From assembly GCA_964443975.1 (NCBI GenBank), contig CAYUFS010000024.1:4450-68449 (forward strand): 64,000 nt of DNA, in the 5' to 3' direction. The notes beneath the pieces were generated by a model. The model saw only the letters and a list, made by a program, of their open reading frames with translations. It was not told the DNA's origin and searched no databases. Source of the stretch: an uncultured Myxococcales bacterium. GTDB lineage: Bacteria > Myxococcota_A > Polyangia > Fen-1088. Both the position numbers and the translations under genes were made by a program. This document shows positions 48,479 to 57,289 of this stretch, piece after piece (within the stretch, counting starts at the first letter, position 1; the number at the start of each line of letters is the position of its first letter).

Positions 48479-49387
48479 CTACTTGATCGCGAGCAGTTCG
48501 ATGTCGAAGACCAGCGTGCCGGCCGGGGCGCCCGGTCGGGTCGGCTTGTCGCCGTAGGCGAGGTTGCCGGGGATCCAGAAGCGCGCCTTGTCGCCCACGA
48601 CCATCAGCTGCACACCCTCGGTCCAGCCCTTGATGACGCCGTCGAGCGGGAACGTCGTCGGCTCGCCGCGGGTCACCGAGCTGTCGAACATCTCGCCCTT
48701 CGTCGTCCAGCCGCTGTAGTGGACCTCGACGGTGTTCTCGGCCTTCGGGTGCTCCTTGCCCTTGCCGTGCTTCAAGATCTTGTAGGCCAGGCCCGACGCG
48801 GTCTTCTTCGCGTCCTTCGGGGCGGCCTCGACGTCGGGCGGCACTTGGGGCGGCTCGGGCACCTTCACGAAGTCGAGCAGCTCGACGTCGAAGACCAGCG
48901 GGCCGGCCGGAGCGCCCGGCCGCTTCGGCGTGTCGCCGTACGCGAGGTCGGCCGGGATCCAGAAGCGGCGCTTCTCGCCTTTCGCCATCAGCTGCAACCC
49001 CTCGGTCCAGCCCTTGATGACGCCGTCGAGCGGGAACGTCGCCGCCACCCCGCGGGTCACGGAGCTGTCGAACATCTTCCCGTCGGTCGTCCACCCGGTG
49101 TAGTGGACGGTCACGCGATCGTGGGGCCCCGGATGGGCGCCGGCGCCCCCCTTGGCCTTGACGAGGACCTTCGAGGCGAGCCCGCTGCTCGTCTTCTTGG
49201 CCGTCGCGGGAGCCTCGGCGACGTCGGTCGGAACGGCCGGCGCGGCCGGAGGCGGGGCGGGGGGAAGCGGCTCGATCGGCTCGGAGCCGGACGGCGGCGT
49301 CTCCGCGCGCGCGCCCGGGCCAGTGAGGGTGGCGGTGGCCAGCGGAACGAGCACAAGAAACGACAGAACGGAGCACGTGCGCTTCAT
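48479..49387 (-). CDS. FKBP-type peptidyl-prolyl cis-trans isomerase, secreted, two tandem FKBP domains
   Basis: VHYTGWTTDGKMFDSSVTRG...FPLDGVIKGWTEGLQLM...GPLVFDVELL appears twice. The two halves are about 85% identical at the nucleotide level. Confidence 0.85.
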   Translation of the reverse strand: MKRTCSVLSFLVLVPLATATLTGPGARAETPPSGSEPIEPLPPAPPPAAPAVPTDVAEAPATAKKTSSGLASKVLVKAKGGAGAHPGPHDRVTVHYTGWTTDGKMFDSSVTRGVAATFPLDGVIKGWTEGLQLMAKGEKRRFWIPADLAYGDTPKRPGAPAGPLVFDVELLDFVKVPEPPQVPPDVEAAPKDAKKTASGLAYKILKHGKGKEHPKAENTVEVHYSGWTTKGEMFDSSVTRGEPTTFPLDGVIKGWTEGVQLMVVGDKARFWIPGNLAYGDKPTRPGAPAGTLVFDIELLAIK

Positions 49388-49433
49388 GCCCAGCCGAATA
49401 CCACAGGAGTTGGAGTCCGGAAAAAAACCGTGC

Positions 49434-50072
49434 TCAGAGGCGGTAGGCGTTCTTGCGGACGATCTGCGCGTTCAGATAGGCGGCGAAGGCGCTCCACCCC
49501 AGGTAGGGAAGCATCAGCGCCGCGGCGGGCTTGTCGACCTTGCGCGCGGTCAGGGTGTACGCCGCGATGGTGGGCACCATCGCCCCCGCGACGACCGCGG
49601 AGGCCTTCGGTCGATGCGCGCCAAAGAACAGCGGCGACCACGAGGCGTTGAGCGCCATCTGCAAGCCCCACAGGCGCAGCGCGCGGGTGCGAGCGGGCGA
49701 ATCGGGTTTGGTCCAGGTCCGATACCCCGAGTAGGCGATTCCGGAATACAGCGCCGTCCACACCGGACCGAACACCCACGACGGGGGCGTCGCCTTGGAC
49801 TTGAACAGGGACCTGTACCACACGCGCGGCTTCGAAACCGGCCGACCCAACGCCGACGCGCCGAACGCCAGCCCGCCGAACACCGCCGCCGCCAGCGCCT
49901 TGCCGAGCGTTCCGGTCCGCGCGGGCGTCGCCTCTCCGGAGTCGTCACGAGCCTGCCGGGAGTCGCCCTCGCCGCCCCCCTCGTCGCGGCGACGACGTCC
50001 TCCGCGACCCTTCTTCTCGCCCCGGCCGTTTGAACCCACGTCTTCGGTCTGTCCCATGATGAGGGTGTCCAT
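49434..50072 (-). CDS. tspO: TspO/MBR family tryptophan-rich sensory protein with an N-terminal charged extension
   Basis: PSWVFGPVWTALYSGIAYSGYRTW and LWGLQMALNASWSPLFFG are TspO signatures. An R/G/E/D-rich segment of about 55 aa precedes TM1. Confidence 0.75.
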   Translation of the reverse strand: MDTLIMGQTEDVGSNGRGEKKGRGGRRRRDEGGGEGDSRQARDDSGEATPARTGTLGKALAAAVFGGLAFGASALGRPVSKPRVWYRSLFKSKATPPSWVFGPVWTALYSGIAYSGYRTWTKPDSPARTRALRLWGLQMALNASWSPLFFGAHRPKASAVVAGAMVPTIAAYTLTARKVDKPAAALMLPYLGWSAFAAYLNAQIVRKNAYRL

Positions 50073-50297
50073 GCGCCCGTGGGATACAAGGACCGTGCCC
50101 GCCAGTTGGCCGCAAGATCCCGAGGAGAGTGTCGCCGGGGCGTTACGGGAGTGGCCCGGCCACAGTCCCCGATGTCACTCCCGGCTCCCATGCTTCTTGG
50201 ACGCGCACCTCCCGGTCCCCCCGCCACAGCCCCCGCAGGGATAGGTCCCCTCGGCATGGGTTCTCGCGTCGTGGCGAGAAGGCGGAAAGCTAGTAAG

Positions 50298-50591
50298 ATG
50301 CCAAGTAAGATGCAAACCAAACGTCTTACTGGCGGGACAGGGTCGACCACCGTGTTGTCCCAGAAGGGTCAGGTCGTCATTCCCAAGCGGTTGCGCGAGG
50401 ATCGGGGCTGGCTGCCTGGACTACGCCTCGTTGTCGAGTCCACTCGGGATGGCCTGTCGCTGCGCCCGCTCGACGCCAAACGCTCAGAGGCAGCCTCTGC
50501 TCTGCTTGGCTGCACCGGCTACCAAGGTCCCCGGCGGTCCCTCTCCGACATGGAAGCCGCCATTCGCGCCGGCGCCCGGAAGACAAGATGA
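50298..50591 (+). CDS. vapB: AbrB/MazE/SpoVT-family antitoxin (VapB)
   Basis: VLSQKGQVVIPKRLREDRGWLPGLRLVVE is a swapped-hairpin motif. ATGA overlap with the downstream PIN gene. Confidence 0.75.
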   Translation: MPSKMQTKRLTGGTGSTTVLSQKGQVVIPKRLREDRGWLPGLRLVVESTRDGLSLRPLDAKRSEAASALLGCTGYQGPRRSLSDMEAAIRAGARKTR

Positions 50592-50980
50592 TCGCAATCG
50601 ACACAAACATTCTGGTGCGACTGTTCGCGAACGACGATCCGATCCAGAGCCCTCGGACTGCCCAGCTATTCGCGGAGCAGGACGTGTTCGTTTCCAAGAC
50701 CGTCATGCTCGAGACCGAATGGGTGCTCCGCTTCAGCTATGCGCTGTCACGGACGACGATCGCGGCTGCGGTCGGAAAGCTGCTGTCTACGTCGACCGTG
50801 ACCGTGGAGGGAGCCGAGGCGGTCCAGGCGGCAATCGCCGCCTACGAGTCCGGGATGGACTTCGCCGATGCCCTGCACCTTTCCTCGAGTGCCAGCGCCG
50901 AGAGGTTCCTGACCTTTGACAGGAAGCTGGCCCGCGCCGCGCTCCGCGCGAAGTCGGCACTCTCGGTTCAGGTAGCCTGA
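50588..50980 (+). CDS. vapC: PIN-domain ribonuclease VapC (type II toxin)
   Basis: MIAIDTNILVRLF...SKTVMLETEWVL...DFADALHLSSS carries the PIN acidic residues. Confidence 0.85.
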   Translation: MIAIDTNILVRLFANDDPIQSPRTAQLFAEQDVFVSKTVMLETEWVLRFSYALSRTTIAAAVGKLLSTSTVTVEGAEAVQAAIAAYESGMDFADALHLSSSASAERFLTFDRKLARAALRAKSALSVQVA

Positions 50981-51000
50981 GCGGCCGCTCGCTCGCGGCG

Positions 51001-52164
51001 TCACTCGCCCTGGGGCAGGCGCAGGGTGGTGTGGACGAAGAGCTGGCGGAGCTGATCGAGCAGAGTCTCCACCTTGCCGACCTCGTCGTCCCCTTCGACG
51101 GCGATCACCGAGGCGGCGTCGCCTCCAACGAAGCGGGTCGTCTTGTCGATGACGCGGTCGATTCGCCGGAATACCAGCCGATCCATCATGAACGCCATCG
51201 CCAGCGACATCACGATGATCAGCAGGAATATGACCCCGATGGTCATGATCGCCGTCGTGCGCGCGTGCCGGTAGACGTCCGTGATGTCGGTCTCGAGGAC
51301 GATGCCGCCGTTCCGGACCTTGTGGTCATCCAGCAGGGGTACGATCGCGCGCAGCGTGGTGCGCCCGTTCGCGAAGCGCAGTCCCAGCACCCCGCCCGTC
51401 TCCGGGACGGCGTCCAGATCCCCGTCGAAGGCCGCGAAGGAGGCGTCCTTCTTGGTCGAGCCCATGAGCACGAAGCTCGGCCACCTGTCCCACTCGTCTT
51501 CGATCTTCAGGGTCTTGCACGTCGCGCTCCACAGGTTGTGGTCGAGCGCTTGCTTCCTCATCACGATGGCCAGCTGATGGCCGGTCTGCCGCTGCACCCG
51601 TCCGATGAAGCCACCGATCTCCTCGCCGAGGTTGGCGTAGCCGAGCAGCTTCTTCTGCGCGTCGTACACGGGAAGGACCACCCTCAGGATGAATCCCGCC
51701 TTGCCCAGCTCCTTGCCCACCGCGAAGGTCTTGGTGCGGATGGCCTCCTCGTGCAGGGGACGGTCCATGGTGTCGCCGAACTCCCCGGGCTTGTGAACCC
51801 GCAAGAACACCTTGTTGCTGGGCTCGGGCTCGACGAACATCCAGTTGGTGATCCCGTAGTGCGCCTTCATCTGCGCCAGCATCGGGGCGGTCACCGCCGC
51901 CAGCGCGGCCCGGTCGCGCCGCGCGAAGGGAGTCGTGATCGCGTCGTTCGACATCAGCGTCTCGAGGGTGGCCTTCAGCATCTTCACGTCGTCGGCTTCG
52001 GCGCTCGCGAAGGCCTCCCTGGCCTCGTCCAGGGACTTGTGGCCGATTCTGTCGATTTGATTGACATACTCACGGTAGGACAGCGCGATGATTCCGCCTC
52101 CCCCGAGGATCAGTGTCGCGCCGATGCAGATCACCACCTTGGTGCGAATCAGTCTTGGCCACAT
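51001..52164 (-). CDS. membrane protein with a periplasmic Cache-like sensor domain and no recognisable output domain
   Basis: TM1, then an extracytoplasmic domain of about 270 aa, then TM2 (TAIMTIGVIFLLIIVMSLAMAFMM), then a 60-aa tail. GC slightly lower, about 60%. Confidence 0.6.
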   Translation of the reverse strand: MWPRLIRTKVVICIGATLILGGGGIIALSYREYVNQIDRIGHKSLDEAREAFASAEADDVKMLKATLETLMSNDAITTPFARRDRAALAAVTAPMLAQMKAHYGITNWMFVEPEPSNKVFLRVHKPGEFGDTMDRPLHEEAIRTKTFAVGKELGKAGFILRVVLPVYDAQKKLLGYANLGEEIGGFIGRVQRQTGHQLAIVMRKQALDHNLWSATCKTLKIEDEWDRWPSFVLMGSTKKDASFAAFDGDLDAVPETGGVLGLRFANGRTTLRAIVPLLDDHKVRNGGIVLETDITDVYRHARTTAIMTIGVIFLLIIVMSLAMAFMMDRLVFRRIDRVIDKTTRFVGGDAASVIAVEGDDEVGKVETLLDQLRQLFVHTTLRLPQGE

Positions 52165-52191
52165 GTCAGAAGCTCCTTGTGTTCGAAAGCA

Positions 52192-52392
52192 TCAAAAGTC
52201 TTGCTGGAGGACGGCCTTGCCAGCCTTCTTCAAGGCGGCGATCTGGGCCGGATCGTCCGGGGTCTTCGCGTTGACGAAGCCGAGCATGAATCCGCAGATC
52301 AGCGAGAGCTGGCCGCGCACCTTGAACGTATCGAGCTTCTTGGTCTTGATGTGTGCGTCGATCTTCTGGCACATGTCGTGAAGTTGCCCCAT
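52192..52392 (-). CDS. small hypothetical protein, 66 aa (MGQLHDMCQKIDAHIKTKKLDTFKVRGQLSLICGFMLGFVNAKTPDDPAQIAALKKAGKAVLQQDF)
   Basis: GGAGG RBS 8 nt upstream of the ATG. Lys is coded by AAG, normal for this genome. Lies 28 nt upstream of the Cache gene on the same strand and is hidden inside a long antisense artefact ORF. Confidence 0.5.
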   Translation of the reverse strand: MGQLHDMCQKIDAHIKTKKLDTFKVRGQLSLICGFMLGFVNAKTPDDPAQIAALKKAGKAVLQQDF

Positions 52393-52594
52393 CTCTCTGC
52401 CTCCGTAATCAATCTCAGGTGACGTCCGTGCGGGTGGACTCGCCGCTGCCCGCGTGCCCCGGTCCAAAGCAAGCCGACCAGTCCGTCTGTCCCCAACGAC
52501 CGCCGTCGAAATGTCTTGAATCTCGTCCGCGAAGCGGCCACCCTCCGCGGCTTCGGGCCGAGCGCGCGTCGTCGGGCGGCGTCGCGGCGGCGGG

Positions 52595-53710
52595 GTGGGC
52601 AGCGTAAGCTGGCGGCAAATGAGCGCCGGCTCCGACGTGCGGGTGCGGGATCTCGTGGTCAGCTTCGGCGCGACCGTGGCGGTGGACCACGTCGAGCTGA
52701 CGGTCGAGGCCGGGGAGCTGTTCATGCTGCTCGGCCCGAGCGGATGCGGCAAGACGACGCTGCTGCGGGCGATCGCCGGCTTCAACGCGCCGTCGGCGGG
52801 ATCGATCCACTTCGGCGCCGAGGACGTCACGCGGGTGCCGGCGCACGCGCGCAACGTGGGCATGGTGTTCCAGAGCTTCGCGCTGTGGCCGCACCTCAGC
52901 GTCGCCGAGAACGTCGGCTTCGGTCTTCGCGAGCGCCGCGTCCCCCGTCGCGAGGTCGAGGCCTCCGTCAGCGCGGCGCTCGCCTCCACGAAGCTCGACG
53001 GCTTCGGAGGGCGCCGGATCGACGAGCTGTCGGGCGGCGAGCAGCAGCGGGTGGCGCTCGCGCGCGCGCTGGTGGTGCGGCCGCGGTGTTTGCTCCTCGA
53101 CGAGCCGCTATCGAACCTCGACGCCAGGTTGCGCCACTCGATGCGCGACGAGATCCGTCGCATCTGCAAGGAGTTTGGGCTCACCGCCATCTACGTGACG
53201 CATGACCAGAAGGAAGCGCTGGCCATCGCCGACCGCGTCGCCGTGATGCGGGCCGGAAAGATCCTGCAGCTCGGCGCGCCCCGCGACATCTACCGCCGCC
53301 CACGCTCGCGCGCCGTGGCGTCGTTCGTCGGCGCGGCGAACCTGATCCGGGGGCGCGTCGCCGAGGTTCGGGCGGATTCGCGCGTGGTCGACACCGGGGC
53401 CGGGCGCTGGGTCGCCGGCCTGGACGACGAGTTTCGCCCGGACACCGGGACGGAGGTCTGGGTCTGCGTGCGGCCGGAATGCCTGCGGCTGCGCGTCGAC
53501 GAGGCCCGGCCCAACATCGTGCGCGGCCCGTGCGAGGCGACCATCTACCTCGGCGAGCTGGCGGAGCACCAGCTCCGGGTCGGCGACCGGTTGCTCTCGG
53601 TCTACGAGGTCAACCCGGGCGGCGCGGCCGATACGACGCTCGCCGCGCAGGCGGACGTGTCCGACGTGGTGCTGCTGCCGTTCGACGGCGACGAGGGCGG
53701 CGATTCGTGA
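52595..53710 (+). CDS. ABC transporter ATP-binding protein (FbpC/PotA-type, with a C-terminal TOBE-like domain)
   Basis: Walker A GPSGCGKTT, signature LSGGEQQRVALARAL, Walker B LLLDEP, H-loop. Start may be at M9 (52619). Confidence 0.85.
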   Translation: MGSVSWRQMSAGSDVRVRDLVVSFGATVAVDHVELTVEAGELFMLLGPSGCGKTTLLRAIAGFNAPSAGSIHFGAEDVTRVPAHARNVGMVFQSFALWPHLSVAENVGFGLRERRVPRREVEASVSAALASTKLDGFGGRRIDELSGGEQQRVALARALVVRPRCLLLDEPLSNLDARLRHSMRDEIRRICKEFGLTAIYVTHDQKEALAIADRVAVMRAGKILQLGAPRDIYRRPRSRAVASFVGAANLIRGRVAEVRADSRVVDTGAGRWVAGLDDEFRPDTGTEVWVCVRPECLRLRVDEARPNIVRGPCEATIYLGELAEHQLRVGDRLLSVYEVNPGGAADTTLAAQADVSDVVLLPFDGDEGGDS

Positions 53711-55365
53711 GGCGGTCCCCCGTTGCGTGGCTGGTGCCGGCGGTGGCGCTGCTGTTGATCCTGGCGCTGCCGTTCGCTGCGCGTCCTTCTCGACCGGCGG
53801 AGGTCGGGGCGCGGGAGACGCTGGTGATCATCACGCCGCACAACGAGGCGATCCGTCACGAGTTCACGCGGGCGTTCACGGACCACATGGCGCGCCAGGG
53901 GCGGCGCGTGCAGATCGACTGGCGCAGCCCGGGCGGGGGCAGCGAGATCAACCGCGTGCTGGTGGCGGAGTACGCCGCGTCGTTCGAGCGCTACTGGACC
54001 CGGACGCTGGGCCGGACATGGTCCGCGCGGGTGGCCGCCGCGTTTGCCACCGACTCCGATCCGTCGCGCCCGCGCGTATCCGGCGCGAGCGCTGGAGACG
54101 CCGCCGCCGAGGTCGAGGCCCGGCGCGCGTTCCTGGCCTCCGACGTCGGCTGCGGCGTCGATCTGCTGTTCGGGGGCGGCAGCGTCGACGCCGAGCTCCA
54201 CGCCACCGCCGGTCGCCTGGTCGATGCCGGCGTGATCAGCCACCACCCCGAGCTGTTCGGCGAGGGCGCGATCCCGGCCGTCGTCGGCGGCGAGGCATTC
54301 TGGGATCGCGGCGGACGCTGGCTCGGAACGTGTTTGTCGGGCTTCGGGATCTGCTTCAACCGTGACGCCGTCGCGCGCCTCGGCGTCGCGCCGCCCGCGT
54401 CGTGGAGCGCGCTCGCGGATCCGGCGTACCTCGGACAGCTTGGCCTGGCGGACCCCGGCAAGAGCGGCTCGGCGGTGAAGGCGTTCGAGATGATCATCCA
54501 GGAGCAGATGCAGGACGCGCGGCGGCGCGCCGAGGCGCGCGGGCTCGGCGGCGACGCGGCTCTCGATCGGGTGGCCGTCCGCGAGGGGTGGCAGGCGGCC
54601 ATGCGCCTCATTCGCAGGCTGGCGGCGAACGCGCGCTACTTCAGCGACGCGGCGTCCCGCGTGCCGGTCGACGTCGCGACGGGCGACGCGGCCGCGGGGA
54701 TGTGCATCGATTTTTACGGCCGCTTCCAGGGCGAGGTGACGGACGCCGCGGGCGCGCCCGGGCGAATGGGGTTCGCGCTACCGAAGGGCGGCACGTCGGT
54801 GGGCCCCGACTCGATCGGCCTGCTGCGCGGGGCGCCCCACCGGGAACTCGCTGTCGCGTTCATCGAGTTCGTACTGTCGGACGCGGGGCAAAAGATCTGG
54901 AGCTTCCGCCGAGGGACCCCGGGGGGGCCCGAGCGCTATTCGTTGCAGCGCCTGCCGATCGTGCCGTCGCTCTACGCGCCCGCCTACGACGGCTTTCGCG
55001 CGGATCCGCGGACGCATCCCTACGCGCCCACGCGCGACTTCGTGTACCACGAGGCCTGGACGCGGCCGTTGTTTCGTGCGATCGCGTTCGTGGTGCGCGT
55101 GATGTGCGTGGATCCCGGGCCCGAGCTGCAGGCGGCCTATCAGGCGCTCGCCGAGGCCGGCTTTCCACCCGAGGCCACCGCCCGCTTCGACGACGTGTCC
55201 GCGGTCGACTACGAGATCGTGAACGGCCCGCTGCGCGCGGCGCTGCGGTCGCCGAACGCGATCGACGAGGTCACCTGGGCGAACCGCCTCGTCAGGGAAT
55301 TTCGCGACCAGTACCGGCAGGTCGCCACGCTGGCGCGGACCGGGCGAGCGACGGCGGTGCACTGA
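53707..55365 (+). CDS. ABC transporter periplasmic substrate-binding protein (iron(III)/thiamine/polyamine family 1)
   Basis: GTG overlapping the ATPase stop. Signal peptide WLVPAVALLLILALPFAARPS. The two-lobed substrate-binding-protein pattern. Confidence 0.75.
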   Translation: MRRSPVAWLVPAVALLLILALPFAARPSRPAEVGARETLVIITPHNEAIRHEFTRAFTDHMARQGRRVQIDWRSPGGGSEINRVLVAEYAASFERYWTRTLGRTWSARVAAAFATDSDPSRPRVSGASAGDAAAEVEARRAFLASDVGCGVDLLFGGGSVDAELHATAGRLVDAGVISHHPELFGEGAIPAVVGGEAFWDRGGRWLGTCLSGFGICFNRDAVARLGVAPPASWSALADPAYLGQLGLADPGKSGSAVKAFEMIIQEQMQDARRRAEARGLGGDAALDRVAVREGWQAAMRLIRRLAANARYFSDAASRVPVDVATGDAAAGMCIDFYGRFQGEVTDAAGAPGRMGFALPKGGTSVGPDSIGLLRGAPHRELAVAFIEFVLSDAGQKIWSFRRGTPGGPERYSLQRLPIVPSLYAPAYDGFRADPRTHPYAPTRDFVYHEAWTRPLFRAIAFVVRVMCVDPGPELQAAYQALAEAGFPPEATARFDDVSAVDYEIVNGPLRAALRSPNAIDEVTWANRLVREFRDQYRQVATLARTGRATAVH

Positions 55366-57063
55366 GTGCGCCGCCGCTTCGCCGCCGATGCCGTCTCGCT
55401 TCCGTTCGCGCTGCTGCTGGGCGTGTTTCTCTTCTGGCCGCTCGCCGAGAGTGTGCGCGGCGCCTTCTTCGACGCGCGCGACACGCCCAGCTTCGCGTAC
55501 GTGGCGGGCGTGTTCCGCAACCCGACGTTCGTCGAGGGCTTCGCCAACGCCCTCATCGTGGCCGTGGCCAGCACCCTCGTCGCGGCGGCGGTCGGGATCG
55601 CGGCCGCGGTGCTCGTCGATCGCTACGACTTCCCCGCGAAGCGCGTGTTCGTCCTGCTGGTCCCGCTGCCGCTGATCGTGCCCCCCTTCGTCGGCGCGAT
55701 CGGCGTGAAGCAACTCTTCGGTCAGGCAGGGGCCCTGAACGCGCTCCTGGCCCACGCCCACCTGATCGACGCCGCCCACCCGATCGACTGGCTCCGTCGC
55801 GGCCGGCTCGGCACGGTCGTGGGGCTGACGGCGCTGCACCTCTACCCGATCGTCTACTTCAACGTCTCGGCCGCGCTCGGTGGCCTGAACGTCGAGATGG
55901 AAGAGGCGGCGCGCAGCCTCGGGTGCCGCGGATGGCGCGCGTTTCGGAAGATCACCCTGCCGCTCATCTCACCGAGCGTGTTCGGCGCCTGCAGCATCGT
56001 CTTCATCGGCGGGCTGACCGAGCTCGGCGTCCCGCTGGTCTGTGACTTCACCCGCATCACTTCGGTGCAGATCTTCTCGGGTCTGAAGGACATGGGGCGA
56101 AACCCCAGCGTCCACGCCCTGGTGATGATCGTGCTCGTGGGAACCGTGGCGTTCTACGCGGGCGCCCGCCTCCTGATCAGGCGTCGCGCGGCGGCCACCG
56201 CGCAGAAGAGCGTGCGGCTGCGCCGGCCCCGCCGGCTCGGGCCCCTGCGCGGGGCGGCCGCGGTGATGGCGCTGGGAGCCCTGGTCGGAACCGCCGCGCT
56301 GCCGAACATCAGCGTCGTGCTGGTCGCGTTCGCCCGCGACTGGTACGGCACGGTGCTGCCCTGCAGCTTCACGCTCGCGCACTTTCGCGCGGCGCTGGGC
56401 CACGAGATGGTGGTGTCGTCGATCGGCAACAGCCTGCGCTACGTGGGGTTGTCGACGGTGGCCGACCTGTTGCTCGGAACCGGCATCGCCTGGATCGTCG
56501 TGCGGCGCCGCTCGCGCGGGGCGCGGCTGCTCGACGCGGCCGCGATGCTTCCCCTGGCGGTCCCTGGCCTGGTGATGGCGTTCGGCTACCTGGCCATGAC
56601 GCGCGAGGGGCGGCCGCTGGCGTTCCTGAACCCGGTGCGCGATCCCACCCCCTTGCTGGTGATCGCCTACACCATCCGGCGGTTGCCGTTCATCGTCCGC
56701 TCGGCCGCCGCGGGTCTGGAGCAGATCGACGTGGCGCTCGAGGACGCCGCCGCCAGCCTGGGCGCCGGCCGCGCGCGCGTGGTGCTGCGCGTGACCTTGC
56801 CGCTGCTGGTTTCGCACCTCATGGCGGGGGCCATTTTCGCGTTCGCGCTTTCGATGCTGGAGGTGTCCGACTCGCTGATCCTGGCGCAACGCCAGTCGAC
56901 CTACCCGATCACGAAGGCCATCTACGAGCTGTTTCAGCTGCTCGGCGATGGCCGGCAGGTGGCGGCGGCGCTGGGGGTCTGGGCCATGCTGTTCCTGGCG
57001 AGCGCGATCGTCTTCGCGCGCGCGTTGCTGGGGCGAAAGCTGGGTGGCATCTTCCGGCTGTGA
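55366..57063 (+). CDS. ABC transporter permease with duplicated transmembrane domains (FbpB/ThiP-like, 565 aa)
   Basis: Two consecutive 6-TM permease modules, each with an EAA-like loop (EEAARSLGCRGWRAFR and EDAAASLGAGRARVV). Confidence 0.85.
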   Translation: MRRRFAADAVSLPFALLLGVFLFWPLAESVRGAFFDARDTPSFAYVAGVFRNPTFVEGFANALIVAVASTLVAAAVGIAAAVLVDRYDFPAKRVFVLLVPLPLIVPPFVGAIGVKQLFGQAGALNALLAHAHLIDAAHPIDWLRRGRLGTVVGLTALHLYPIVYFNVSAALGGLNVEMEEAARSLGCRGWRAFRKITLPLISPSVFGACSIVFIGGLTELGVPLVCDFTRITSVQIFSGLKDMGRNPSVHALVMIVLVGTVAFYAGARLLIRRRAAATAQKSVRLRRPRRLGPLRGAAAVMALGALVGTAALPNISVVLVAFARDWYGTVLPCSFTLAHFRAALGHEMVVSSIGNSLRYVGLSTVADLLLGTGIAWIVVRRRSRGARLLDAAAMLPLAVPGLVMAFGYLAMTREGRPLAFLNPVRDPTPLLVIAYTIRRLPFIVRSAAAGLEQIDVALEDAAASLGAGRARVVLRVTLPLLVSHLMAGAIFAFALSMLEVSDSLILAQRQSTYPITKAIYELFQLLGDGRQVAAALGVWAMLFLASAIVFARALLGRKLGGIFRL

Positions 57064-57111
57064 GGGACGCCGGGGTTTGACAGCGTGGCCGGCATCCGCT
57101 ACCTCTTTGGT

Positions 57112-57183
57112 GTGACCTCGATTTCGTCCCGACGCTGGTGGTGGCCGCAAGCTTGCGGCTCACGACGCGTGCGTTCGAGATAG
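57112..57183 (+). promoter_or_regulatory. trpL: candidate trp leader peptide ORF (…SRRWWWPQACGSRRVRSR*) with three consecutive Trp codons; putative attenuator upstream of trpE(G)
   Basis: TGG TGG TGG at 57136-57144, in an open frame that starts GTG at 57112 (alternatively GTG at 57085) and ends TAG at 57181-83. Followed by the GCCGCC-ttcggag-GTGGC-TTT hairpin at about 57211-57232. It is 107 nt upstream of the trpE(G) ATG. Confidence 0.5.
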
Positions 57184-57289
57184 ATCAGGTCCACGACACA
57201 CGACGAGAGAGCCGCCTTCGGAGGTGGCTTTCGAAGTGCGTGGTGCATTTTCGGGGTCGTCTCCGGCCGGTTCGAAGGAGGAGCGACCC

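Noticed and set aside
47304-49376. 690-aa minus-strand ORF spanning the MFS and FKBP genes
   Set aside because: Arg/Glu/Pro-rich nonsense antisense to the MFS transporter and frame-shifted relative to FKBP.
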